Below, piece after piece: positions 38,551 through 48,206 of a stretch of DNA of 64,000 bases. Below the pieces are notes generated by a model. That model was not told the DNA's origin. It did no database searches and was given only the letters and a program-made list of their open reading frames with translations. Both the position numbers and the translations under genes were made by a program. Numbering within the stretch: position 1 is the first letter of the stretch; every line of letters begins with the position of its first letter. The stretch lies in the NCBI GenBank assembly GCA_016840085.1, contig JAEOTA010000055.1, positions 1 through 64,000 on the forward strand, read 5' to 3'. The DNA comes from Promethearchaeota archaeon (lineage in GTDB: Archaea > Asgardarchaeota > Lokiarchaeia > Sigyniarchaeales > SOKP01).

Positions 38551-39711
38551 ATGAGACCTGAATCTAAGAGAAAAGTAATTCTAGCAATATTTGGTATTCT
38601 GTTTATTACTTTATTATTCAATTTCATTCTTTTAAACTTTAATGAGATTATCCAGGTAGGAAAATTCGATTCGAGTGATGATGAGAAATTGCAACAAATT
38701 TTAAACAAATGGGAAGCTAGTATTAGACGCCCTGTTGGAAATATTCCTAAATGTGTTTTTGTTGGAGATGCAAATAATGATGAGTATAATGATATTGCAA
38801 CCGCAAATCTTCATGGTTATGATATTTCATTGTTAGTATGGAATGATACATCTAGTGATTGGGACCCACATTTTGAATTAGCTACTGGAATAGGTTCTTA
38901 TGGTGTTTATATAGGAGATGCCAATAATGATGGTAAAAATGATCTTGTATCCGCAAATTGGGCGAGCGATCATGTTTCAGTATTAGTATGGAATGATACA
39001 TTAAATGGTTGGGAAGAAATGATAAATATTGAAGTTGGATTATGTCCACATTTTATCCAAGTAAAAGATGCTAATAATGATGGTTTTAATGACATTATAA
39101 CCGCAAATGATCATATTAATAGAGCAACTATTTTACTTTGGAATCAAACTTTAAAAGACTGGGACTCGCCAATAACAAGAAGTGTAGGGGATAATCCATG
39201 GAATGTAGTGGTTGAAGATGTTAATAATGACGGATATAATGATATTATCACAGCAAATACTATGGGTGATAGCGTTTCACTAATATTGTGGAACTCAAGT
39301 AAAGGAGATTGGGACTGTTCAATTGAGAAACAAGCTGGAAATATTCCTCATTGGGTTTGTGTGGGAGATGCAAATAATGATGGACACAATGATATTATCA
39401 TATCAAGTCATGATTCTTTTGCTATTTCTTTATTTTTATGGAATGATGAAATCAATGACTGGGATTCTCAAATCTCTATGGATATAGAGGGTAATCCTGA
39501 AACTATCTTTATCGGTGATGCGAATAATGATGGATATAATGATATTATAACTGACAGTAGCTATAATAATATATTAATTATTTTATGGCGTGGCAAAACC
39601 AATAATGAATTTATAATTCCGGGGTATGAACTGATTATTATATTTTGCCTTATTTTTGTTGTTTCAAAATTCTTATTTAAAGAAATTAGTAAGAAAATTA
39701 AGTTTTTTTGA
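38551..39711 (+). CDS. FG-GAP/VCBS beta-propeller surface protein
   Basis: Six GDANNDG.NDI-type repeats, N-terminal TM, C-terminal IPGY + TM + basic tail. Confidence 0.85.
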   Translation: MRPESKRKVILAIFGILFITLLFNFILLNFNEIIQVGKFDSSDDEKLQQILNKWEASIRRPVGNIPKCVFVGDANNDEYNDIATANLHGYDISLLVWNDTSSDWDPHFELATGIGSYGVYIGDANNDGKNDLVSANWASDHVSVLVWNDTLNGWEEMINIEVGLCPHFIQVKDANNDGFNDIITANDHINRATILLWNQTLKDWDSPITRSVGDNPWNVVVEDVNNDGYNDIITANTMGDSVSLILWNSSKGDWDCSIEKQAGNIPHWVCVGDANNDGHNDIIISSHDSFAISLFLWNDEINDWDSQISMDIEGNPETIFIGDANNDGYNDIITDSSYNNILIILWRGKTNNEFIIPGYELIIIFCLIFVVSKFLFKEISKKIKFF

Positions 39712-39714
39712 AAT

Positions 39715-40548
39715 TTAGTAAATCTTTGGTTGTTCAGAAGGATTTCCTAACATTTCCATCATTTGTTCTTGAATATTATCAAAATGTCCTGGTAGTACTT
39801 TTTGAATATAAAAAGCTTCAGCCGCTTTTAAGCCAACTTTTCTTCCCATAGTTGTTGCTATAGAACGGAAAAGTCTTATAGCATATTTAGAAAGTTTCTT
39901 TATATCTTCTGGACTTACATCATACGGTGAAATATCTGGGGAGAAAAATTGTGCTATTAGTTCTAAAGTTCCTTCAAATTTCAAGGCAGCTTGAATCTTT
40001 TTATCGAAAGTAGAAGAGATATCAACAAAGCAATTTGGTTGATGACCAAGTATCCCCATAAACCATATATCAGAACAATGAAATGGCTCTATACCCTCCT
40101 TAATCTGTTCGGTGTATAATAATGGAAACATCGCAAAAGTTCCTGCTTCTGCTGCCATTCGTCCTACAATTAAATGATCAGGATGTACCTCATAGGATGC
40201 CCATGGATCAAGAGTTACGACTCTATCTGCTTTGAATTTTCTAACATAATAGACAAGCCTTTCACGTAATTCTAAACCATTCATTAATCCTCCATCTGGA
40301 AAATCTAGAATTATAGTTTCTTTTACTCCTAGAATTTCATTAGCAGCCTTAAGTTCTTTTTCACGTAATGCTGCAACTTGTTCTTTTGTGATTTCAGATC
40401 TTAAAGAACCTACTTCTCCTCTTGTGCAACAAAGGGTGATTATATTATGACCTTGTTCAGCCCATTTAGCTATTGTTCCTGCACTATAATAGGTTAAATC
40501 ATCAGGGTGGGCAAAAATTGCTAAAATATTCAACAATTTCGATTCCAT
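39715..40548 (-). CDS. PIG-L family deacetylase
   Basis: AHPDD, TRGE.G, HPDH. Confidence 0.9.
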   Translation of the reverse strand: MESKLLNILAIFAHPDDLTYYSAGTIAKWAEQGHNIITLCCTRGEVGSLRSEITKEQVAALREKELKAANEILGVKETIILDFPDGGLMNGLELRERLVYYVRKFKADRVVTLDPWASYEVHPDHLIVGRMAAEAGTFAMFPLLYTEQIKEGIEPFHCSDIWFMGILGHQPNCFVDISSTFDKKIQAALKFEGTLELIAQFFSPDISPYDVSPEDIKKLSKYAIRLFRSIATTMGRKVGLKAAEAFYIQKVLPGHFDNIQEQMMEMLGNPSEQPKIY

Positions 40549-40685
40549 TTAAATCACTCTTATTTGTAATTTATTGATTGATCTTAAAAATTATTCCAAG
40601 TATATTTATTATCGTAAAATTAAAATAATGTTTTAATAATATCATACTATTTAAGGTTTAATTGGATAATTAGGAATTATTTGCT

Positions 40686-41534
40686 ATGTGTAAGTTTTGT
40701 AGAAAGCATGCAGAAGGGTATGGAAAATGGTATTTAAATCCTAAATCATATTCAGAGGAATTGTTTTATAAGTTATCACTTTTGGATCGCATTTTAGGAA
40801 GAGAATCTAAGAAAGTTAGAAAAGCAATAAATGGAGCAGATTCTGCGTGGTTTCCACTTCCCACCTCAAAGCTGCTAAATAAACTTGATTGGGCTAAAAT
40901 TCCTGTCTTTGGTCGGTTAGTTAAAATGTATGGAAATTATCTAACTATACATAGCCATTCTGGTCAGGTTGTTCCCTTAGAAGATGCTTTAAAGATTGTA
41001 GATTTGAGTTATGATCATGTAGTATATCCCTGTATGTGTAAACGGATTTTTAAAGGTCAGGATGAATTTAAATGTTTGAATTTTGGTCCACTTACAGATA
41101 TTCAAAGGAAAGATCCTAGAGCTTGGAAAGAAATAAAGCTTAGTCCGGAAGAAGCAAAAGAAAAATTAGAACAATTTTCAGAAAAAGGATATATACATTC
41201 TGTTTTCTGGTGGTATGACCTACCACAAACAGTTTGTATTTGTAACTGCGATAGTAAGTATTGCTATGCGTCAAGACCAAAGATGTGGTATGATATAACT
41301 AACTCCTACAGAAAAGCAGAATATGTAGCGGAAGTTAATCGTGATCTATGTATTAGCTGTGGAAATTGTATTAACAGGTGTCAATTTGGGGCTATAAGTT
41401 TAGATAAGGATGATCGTGCAGTGGTCGATCCTTCATTTTGTTTTGGTTGTGGGCAATGTAGATCTGTATGTGAAGAAGATGCTATTAGTTTGATCGATAG
41501 AAATACTCATTTAATAGCAAGTAAAATTTGGTAG
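40686..41534 (+). CDS. 4Fe-4S dicluster protein
   Basis: CNC motif plus two CxxCxxCxxxC motifs. Confidence 0.85.
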   Translation: MCKFCRKHAEGYGKWYLNPKSYSEELFYKLSLLDRILGRESKKVRKAINGADSAWFPLPTSKLLNKLDWAKIPVFGRLVKMYGNYLTIHSHSGQVVPLEDALKIVDLSYDHVVYPCMCKRIFKGQDEFKCLNFGPLTDIQRKDPRAWKEIKLSPEEAKEKLEQFSEKGYIHSVFWWYDLPQTVCICNCDSKYCYASRPKMWYDITNSYRKAEYVAEVNRDLCISCGNCINRCQFGAISLDKDDRAVVDPSFCFGCGQCRSVCEEDAISLIDRNTHLIASKIW

Positions 41535-41537
41535 AGT

Positions 41538-41813
41538 GTGATAAAATTTATGGTTAAATTCAAATATAATTCTAAAAAGTGCGATTTACCGTATGAACCA
41601 GAGGAATTACGCCCTACAAAATGCTTAAAATGCCTAGAAGTTTGCCCACATAACCTCCTTATGTTTGTTCCATTGAAAGAAAAGGATAGAGATGGGGCAC
41701 CTAAGAAATTTAAAATTCATATGATTTTTAAATCATTTGCTAAAAAATTTTGTCCTGGTTGCTTAAAATGCGTTGAAATTTGTCCAACTCAAGCTATAAG
41801 AATAAAATTTTAA
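41538..41813 (+). CDS. Small ferredoxin-like protein
   Basis: CLKCLEVCP; CPGCLKCVEICP. Confidence 0.8.
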   Translation: MIKFMVKFKYNSKKCDLPYEPEELRPTKCLKCLEVCPHNLLMFVPLKEKDRDGAPKKFKIHMIFKSFAKKFCPGCLKCVEICPTQAIRIKF

Positions 41814-42613
41814 GTGAGAAATTCAAATAATGCTTTTAGAAATAAATCTGGTTCATGAGGAAAAATTGCATGAGCACTATACTCAAAAAATACAAGCTTA
41901 GCTCTAGGGATTAACTCACCTAATATTTCTCCATTTTGGGATGGAACGAGAATATCTTTTTTACCTTGCATCATCAGGGTTGGAATATCCATTTTTTTTA
42001 GTCTCCTACAAGTATTAAAATTTAACATTGCCTTTACTTGTCTCGCATAACTACTAAATGGAATACGACATTTGAGAATTTTTTGAATTTTATCATTAAT
42101 ATATTCAGGATTGTTTTTAATAAAATCCCTGGTAAATGCTAGTGGTATAGTAGACTTAGCCATTCTTTCTGGTGTTAAATCTTCAATTGCACCTATTAGC
42201 AATTTATAAACAGCAAGATCTGGAGGAATCGATTTTCTTCCCCCACACGCTGTACCCCAGAGAATGAGTTTTTCAACCTTTTGGGGATAATTTAAGGCTA
42301 CTTCCTGAGCAATCATTCCCCCCATCGAAAATCCAAGGATATGAGCACACTCAATATTTAAGACATTCATTAATCCCGCTGTATCATCAGCCATCATTTT
42401 TAGAGTAAATTCCCCCTCAGGTATATCAGTTTGACCTGCTCCTCTGTTATCAAATAAGATAACTTTAAATTTTTTTGAAAGCTCATCGATCAGGAGTTTA
42501 TCCCATATCCTAAGACAAAAAGACAGTCCCGTTATCATTACAATCGGAAATCCATCTCCATGAACTTCATAATGCATATTTATATCATTGACTTTTACTT
42601 TAGGCAAATTCAA
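41810..42613 (-). CDS. Alpha/beta hydrolase
   Basis: DNRGAG, GFSMGG, catalytic D/H positions. Confidence 0.9.
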   Translation of the reverse strand: MNLPKVKVNDINMHYEVHGDGFPIVMITGLSFCLRIWDKLLIDELSKKFKVILFDNRGAGQTDIPEGEFTLKMMADDTAGLMNVLNIECAHILGFSMGGMIAQEVALNYPQKVEKLILWGTACGGRKSIPPDLAVYKLLIGAIEDLTPERMAKSTIPLAFTRDFIKNNPEYINDKIQKILKCRIPFSSYARQVKAMLNFNTCRRLKKMDIPTLMMQGKKDILVPSQNGEILGELIPRAKLVFFEYSAHAIFPHEPDLFLKALFEFLT

Positions 42614-42691
42614 TCAACTTTGAGGTTTTTTAGCTCTACATTCGCTTTTCTTTAAAAAAAATAGAATATAAAACCTTGAATCCTAATATAA

Positions 42692-43615
42692 TTAGCTAAT
42701 AGAGATTCCAAGGTCCTTTAATAAGGGAGTTAGAAATCCATAATAAAAGTCTTTAATATGTAAAATTTTATCTAAATATACATTCAAGAATTCTCGGATT
42801 TCATAGTTGATGTCATTAATATCAATAAAATTATATTCGGGTTCAATATAAATTTCATCTAAATTTAAAGGTTTTAATTGCTTCTTGATCAAATGATATA
42901 TAAATTCGATGAATGCTTTATCAACCAGCTCTTCTTCTTCTTCTTTTAATTCATACACATCATGAGCTATTTTATCTTTTAATCCTCGAATTGCATGAAT
43001 TAAATCCTCAAGTTCTCTATGTAAATTCAATGCTTTAATTTTTTCTGGCATTTCTTTACTTTTAAAATCTTCTACATTAGAATTGATATAATCTTCTAAA
43101 TTTGAGAAAAAGTGAATCACGAACTTGAAAGAGTCTTCAGTCTTAGCATTCTTCCATTCTTTATAAGGAGTTCCCCAATGTTCGAAATTTATCTCATCTA
43201 AAACGTCTTTAATTTTTTTTTTAATATTATCAACTTTTTCTATAAAGTAATCTGATTTGTCCATATAAGGTTTTTCATGTATATAATAATTGTATTTATA
43301 CTCTTTTCCAAATTCCTTAAATGCACCTCTCTTTATTACACGATGGTGTTCTTCATCTACTTCTTTCTTGCCAATCTCTGCTGCAAACTTAATAATATAT
43401 CCACAGTCAGGACAATATGTTATCCATGAACCTCGAATTGTAGTAAAAGGTTTAATAACAACTTGATGAGTTTCATTTAGAATACTTGTAAGTTCTCCTT
43501 CAGCCTCTGGAGTATCAAAATGAGTCTTTTCAAAATGAAATGATTCTGGAATGAATTTAAAACTACAAATTGGACATGTGATTTTTTCTTTCAAGGGAAA
43601 TTTATTTACTTTCAT
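42692..43615 (-). CDS. Zn-ribbon protein with a possible degenerate HEPN-like domain
   Basis: CPIC...CPDC; IRGLKDKIAH. Confidence 0.55.
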   Translation of the reverse strand: MKVNKFPLKEKITCPICSFKFIPESFHFEKTHFDTPEAEGELTSILNETHQVVIKPFTTIRGSWITYCPDCGYIIKFAAEIGKKEVDEEHHRVIKRGAFKEFGKEYKYNYYIHEKPYMDKSDYFIEKVDNIKKKIKDVLDEINFEHWGTPYKEWKNAKTEDSFKFVIHFFSNLEDYINSNVEDFKSKEMPEKIKALNLHRELEDLIHAIRGLKDKIAHDVYELKEEEEELVDKAFIEFIYHLIKKQLKPLNLDEIYIEPEYNFIDINDINYEIREFLNVYLDKILHIKDFYYGFLTPLLKDLGISIS

Positions 43616-43814
43616 AATTTTTCAAAGAATTTTGGTAACAATAATATGTATTCTATTTACAACAAAGTAATTATCTTGGTATATTTAAAAATTTTATCTG
43701 GTTTACATCATGAATTGAAAAACAAAAATGATGAAAAGTAATTGAATACTGATATTAGAAAACTCAGAATTCGATTTATCTTAAAATTATGATTAATATA
43801 TAATATAAAAGGAA

Positions 43815-44660
43815 TTATATACTAACTAATCTTGTCATGTTTGCGCTAATTTCCCACAATCTTTTAGCATATTCCTCATTATAAGACTCTTCAGAAGACT
43901 CTTTAGGCTCTTTTTTTATAAAATATTTGCCAGTAACTCCTTCTATATCTAGAGACGAAGCTAAATATATAGACGTTTCAGCCCCTTTTTCCGGACTTTT
44001 AAAAAAGAGTTTTGCAAATCCTCGACTAAAGGCAGAGTGATCTCGACTTAAATTACTATTTACAACACCAGGATGAACAGCATTAACAGTTACACCAGTT
44101 CCCTCTAATCTTCGGTTTAATTCATAGGTAAATAGCATCGCTGCTAATTTTGAAACACCATATACTTTAAATAAACGATATTTCTTGTCTTCACTCTGAA
44201 GATCATCAAAATCCATTTTTGCCATTCTATGCGCTGCAGAAGTTACATTAATAATACGGCTTGGAGCACTATTTTTTAATATATCAAGTAGTAAATTTGT
44301 CAACAAAAAGGGAGCAAGATGATGCACAGCAAAATTCATTTCAATTCCATCAACTGATAATGTACGCTTCGAAAGCATAACTCCGGCATTATTAATTAAC
44401 ACATGTAAATATTGATATTTATTCTTGAATTCTGCTACTAGTTTGCGAATGGATTCTTGAGATGACAAATCACATAAAAATAGATCTACATCTTTATTAC
44501 CTGTGAGTTCAATGATTTCTTTTTGTGCTTTTTCTCCACGTTCTTCATTTCGACAAATCATGATTATTGTGGCACCCATTTCTGCTAAACCTATTGCTGT
44601 AGCTTTTCCAATGCCTGAATTTGCTCCGGTAATCATACAAATTTTTCCTTCCATGCTCAT
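43815..44660 (-). CDS. SDR oxidoreductase (retinol dehydrogenase-like)
   Basis: TGANSGIG, NNAG, YGVSK, HPG. Confidence 0.92.
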   Translation of the reverse strand: MSMEGKICMITGANSGIGKATAIGLAEMGATIIMICRNEERGEKAQKEIIELTGNKDVDLFLCDLSSQESIRKLVAEFKNKYQYLHVLINNAGVMLSKRTLSVDGIEMNFAVHHLAPFLLTNLLLDILKNSAPSRIINVTSAAHRMAKMDFDDLQSEDKKYRLFKVYGVSKLAAMLFTYELNRRLEGTGVTVNAVHPGVVNSNLSRDHSAFSRGFAKLFFKSPEKGAETSIYLASSLDIEGVTGKYFIKKEPKESSEESYNEEYAKRLWEISANMTRLVSI

Positions 44661-44920
44661 TATTTACAACTCTTGCTTAATTTCTATATTCTTTTTGATA
44701 GTTCAAAATCTAACTGAACTATTAAACAATTTGATTATTTTTTAAAAAAAAATTGTTATCCATGGGTTATCCACAAGTATAATTTCTATTGGTGTTCTTA
44801 TTTAGTGGTATTCGAAGAATAGAACTGATATTGATGTAGTTGAGGTTATTAGAGCGAAAAAGGGCTTAGTTGAATAAAATATAAAAGAATTTTGAGATAT
44901 CTCCTATTATTCCATATAAT

Positions 44921-45238
44921 TTATAAAAAAAGTTCCCATTCTTTTATTGACAATTGAATTAATTTAGTCTCCATCTCATTTTTTATCTTGTCTAATCGTT
45001 CTTTGCTTTCCTTCACTTTTTTCCAAATAAAGTCTTCTATTTTCTCAATAGTTATGTCTTTTTTATCTAATTGTTCAAGGAGCTGATTACAGATCGACAT
45101 TCTTTTTAAATACAAATCATAAGCTTCTTTAGATAAGTTAGCTATTAAATTTGGGTGATACATTTCTTTTATTTTAAAAATTTTTTCTCCTATTTTAGTT
45201 AGAGAAATTAATTCCCTTAAGTCATCTGAATCCGTCAT
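44921..45238 (-). CDS. Hypothetical protein
   Basis: 105-aa ORF downstream of the FAD-binding gene. Confidence 0.6.
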   Translation of the reverse strand: MTDSDDLRELISLTKIGEKIFKIKEMYHPNLIANLSKEAYDLYLKRMSICNQLLEQLDKKDITIEKIEDFIWKKVKESKERLDKIKNEMETKLIQLSIKEWELFL

Positions 45239-45249
45239 TTTTTATCATT

Positions 45250-47319
45250 TTATTTGTTTTTTAAAAATTCTTTCCATACATTTTCAAACCATCCAAATTC
45301 ACTAGGTATCTCTCTTACATCCTCCCATTCAATAAGCATTTTTCCATTTTTTAGTTGAATTGTTTGGATTTGTTTTGATAAATCCAGATTATTATGTATA
45401 AATTTATATTCCCTAAGACTACCAGGAGGTTCAATATATGTCTCGGATAATGATTTATTTAATTTATCTCTTACAATCAAGTATGAACCTCTGCTTCTCC
45501 CAAATAAGAGATGATAGTCTATTAATGTTTTTAAGAAGAATAATTGCGTAAGAAGGGCATCTTTAATTCTAAAAAAATCCATGATTTCAACATTAGTCTT
45601 CAATCCGATTAAATTTACTAAATTATTCAATTGAATTTGGACCTTGGAAATCTCCTGTTTAAGATTTTTTAGAGGACGAATAATTGAACCATATTTTGAC
45701 ATTCGATTTTGAATCTGAATTAAGAGTCTTTCAGGAGTTAGAAAGTTTTCAGATTTAGAAGGATCATTTTTTATTATTTGTGAAATTTTACTAAATAACT
45801 CAGTCATCTCTCCTTTTACTTTATTTTGAAATCTTTCAGGATTTATTGATGGAATATTGCTATATATTTGAGTTATTTTTTGAGCAGTTCTCAATCCCCC
45901 AACTTGTCCCGAGTTTAATGCAGCACCACCAGGTCTGTGAATACCATGACTCCCATTAATTTCTCCAATTGCAAAAAGATGTTTTACTGTTGTTGTCTCC
46001 CACCATATATCACAGGATACACCACCATTTAGGTGTTGGTTACAAACGGCGATTTCAAGAGGTTCAGAAGTTAAGTCGATATTATTGTTCTTATAAATTA
46101 AGATTGCTTGATCATTTAATTTTCTAAGACGTTCAATAGGTTTATCTCCCATTGCATTAGATTTAGTTAAATAATCCTTTGCATCTTGGAACAGATTATC
46201 AAAACTAAAGTAATTAGGATTTTGTGTGAAATCTAAGAACACACGTCTGTTTAACTTTTCTGATTCATGATATACTGCCAGATCAATTAATGAAGAACCA
46301 AAATTATCAATTCGCATAGAATTAAAAGGCCATTGATATCCTTTTAAGAATATGGCTCTCGAAAGTTCTTCAAAAGATGGAAAGATATCATAAAGAAATT
46401 CCTTTTCTGTACCATTTTCATCAATAGAAAAGTATCGTGGAATTACTTGTTGATATGAACCTGAAAGATTCCAACGAAATTTAGTCGATGCTAATCCGAA
46501 TTGTGATTCTGTTAAATTTTGAAGTTTACATCCTGCTTCAATTGCTAGACTTGTCGTTCCTCTCTGGGATTTTGGATACACAGTATTTTTATATAATATC
46601 GCAGGACCACCAGTAGCTATAATTAGATTTCTTGCTTTAAAAATTTCTATTGAATCTATTAAAGTCTCTATATTTTTATCTGGGTTTAGCATATCTGTTT
46701 TAATGCAAATAATCCCAACTGCTTCAGGCTTCTCAGTTGTATTATCAAGAATAATTTTAATCGCATAATACTTATCAAAAATTGTAATATGTTTATCTTG
46801 AACCGCTCTTAATAAGCATTTCCCCATTTCTCGGGAAGTTAAAGGTCCTATAGATGTAGCTCTCTGTCTTGGATCGTTATCTGTTTTATATCCTACAAAA
46901 CCCCCATACTTATCATGAGGAAAAGGCACTCCTAATTGAACTAAATGAAAAAATTCTCTAATGGAGTTTGAAGCTTCGATTAAAGCTATGTCACCGTGCA
47001 TTGCTCCTCCAGCGCAGAGATCTTTCGCCATTTCATAAGGTGAATCTGGCTGATCTCCATAAATTGACATTTTATAATAAGTTTGTTTATCAGAACCCGC
47101 ATTAAAAGAAGTCCCGCCACCTAAATTATCAGTAACAATGGCAATTTCATCAGGAGGAATGCCTTCCATTACTAAATGAAGAGCACAATTTAATCCTGCT
47201 GCTCCTGAACCTATAATAATTGAATTAAATTCTTTAATATCTAATTTTTCCAGATTTATTTTTATATCTCCCATTTTTTGTCCCATTGCTTTATATACGG
47301 TGAATATGAAAACCCCCAT
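45250..47319 (-). CDS. FAD-binding protein (SdhA/NadB-like flavoprotein fold)
   Basis: IIGSGAAG, ATGG, QHLNGG, LFAIGE, RPGGAAL; true start probably a downstream ATG (~47286/47274). Confidence 0.8.
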   Translation of the reverse strand: MGVFIFTVYKAMGQKMGDIKINLEKLDIKEFNSIIIGSGAAGLNCALHLVMEGIPPDEIAIVTDNLGGGTSFNAGSDKQTYYKMSIYGDQPDSPYEMAKDLCAGGAMHGDIALIEASNSIREFFHLVQLGVPFPHDKYGGFVGYKTDNDPRQRATSIGPLTSREMGKCLLRAVQDKHITIFDKYYAIKIILDNTTEKPEAVGIICIKTDMLNPDKNIETLIDSIEIFKARNLIIATGGPAILYKNTVYPKSQRGTTSLAIEAGCKLQNLTESQFGLASTKFRWNLSGSYQQVIPRYFSIDENGTEKEFLYDIFPSFEELSRAIFLKGYQWPFNSMRIDNFGSSLIDLAVYHESEKLNRRVFLDFTQNPNYFSFDNLFQDAKDYLTKSNAMGDKPIERLRKLNDQAILIYKNNNIDLTSEPLEIAVCNQHLNGGVSCDIWWETTTVKHLFAIGEINGSHGIHRPGGAALNSGQVGGLRTAQKITQIYSNIPSINPERFQNKVKGEMTELFSKISQIIKNDPSKSENFLTPERLLIQIQNRMSKYGSIIRPLKNLKQEISKVQIQLNNLVNLIGLKTNVEIMDFFRIKDALLTQLFFLKTLIDYHLLFGRSRGSYLIVRDKLNKSLSETYIEPPGSLREYKFIHNNLDLSKQIQTIQLKNGKMLIEWEDVREIPSEFGWFENVWKEFLKNK

Positions 47320-48097
47320 CTATATCTAAAACAGATCCTGTAGAGAATGGTAGCAATCCCTGAACAATTGCAATAACAGGCTTAGCAATATCAAGTGGTT
47401 CACCCCATCTTTTAATTGGGGAAACACCTTCGCTAATTAATTTATCATATCTCTCTGAAATATGTTTTGGTTCAGTTAGAGGTGTCTTAATAATACCCGG
47501 AGATATCTCATATGTGGGAATATCAAACTCGGCTAATCTAACAGCAAATAATTGTGTCATCATCCGCATCCCTGCCTTCGAAATGCAGTACTCCCCTCTA
47601 TTAATTGAGGCGGTATATCGATTTATAGAAGATATATTAATGATATAGGGGTGATATTTATCTTTTATTTTCGTTTTAAGCTCAATCATCCATTTTGCGA
47701 GTGCTTGAGTTAAAAAAAATGGACCTTTCAGATTAATATCCATTACTCTATCATATGATTCTTCTGTCACATCTAAAAGATCTCCCCGTTTAATTGGCCC
47801 TACTCCCGCATTATTCACTAAAACATCTATTCTTCTAAACTTCTGCTTAATTTTATTGAGTAATTTCTCGCGATCTTCTCTTTTACTCACATCAGCCTGA
47901 ATATATAGACTTTTCTCTTTTAAATCTTCTTTATAAATTTTTTTAAGAATATTTTTATATTCTTCAGATAATTCTTTTGTTGATGCCCCATTTATTACTA
48001 CTGAAAATCCTATTTTTGCCAGTTCTAAAGCTATTGCTTTTCCTATCCCTTGAGTGCTGCCTGTAATTAGAGCAACTTTTATTTTATCTTGATCCAT
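47291..48097 (-). CDS. SDR oxidoreductase (3-ketoacyl-reductase-like)
   Basis: TGSTQGIG, NNAG, YCISK, DGG. Confidence 0.9.
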   Translation of the reverse strand: MDQDKIKVALITGSTQGIGKAIALELAKIGFSVVINGASTKELSEEYKNILKKIYKEDLKEKSLYIQADVSKREDREKLLNKIKQKFRRIDVLVNNAGVGPIKRGDLLDVTEESYDRVMDINLKGPFFLTQALAKWMIELKTKIKDKYHPYIINISSINRYTASINRGEYCISKAGMRMMTQLFAVRLAEFDIPTYEISPGIIKTPLTEPKHISERYDKLISEGVSPIKRWGEPLDIAKPVIAIVQGLLPFSTGSVLDIDGGFHIHRI

Positions 48098-48206
48098 AAC
48101 ATATTATTTATTTGACAGTATTAAAATTGTTATTGTATTTAAAAGAATAAATATTAGAAAATATCTATCATAGTATATTAAAATAAAAATTTTTGAATGA
48201 TTCATA

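Noticed and set aside
38760-39550. Regularly spaced GATGCxAATAATGA repeats
   Set aside because: Coding repeats of the FG-GAP protein, not a CRISPR array; no CRISPR array, tRNA or rRNA was seen in the window
42646-42660. TTTTCTTTAAAA resembling the T-rich motif
   Set aside because: On the plus strand, facing the 3' end of a minus-strand gene, so no downstream start; likely terminator-related
44767-44775. Perfect DnaA box TTATCCACA
   Set aside because: Single perfect copy in an archaeal context, with no origin features or cdc6 nearby; likely chance
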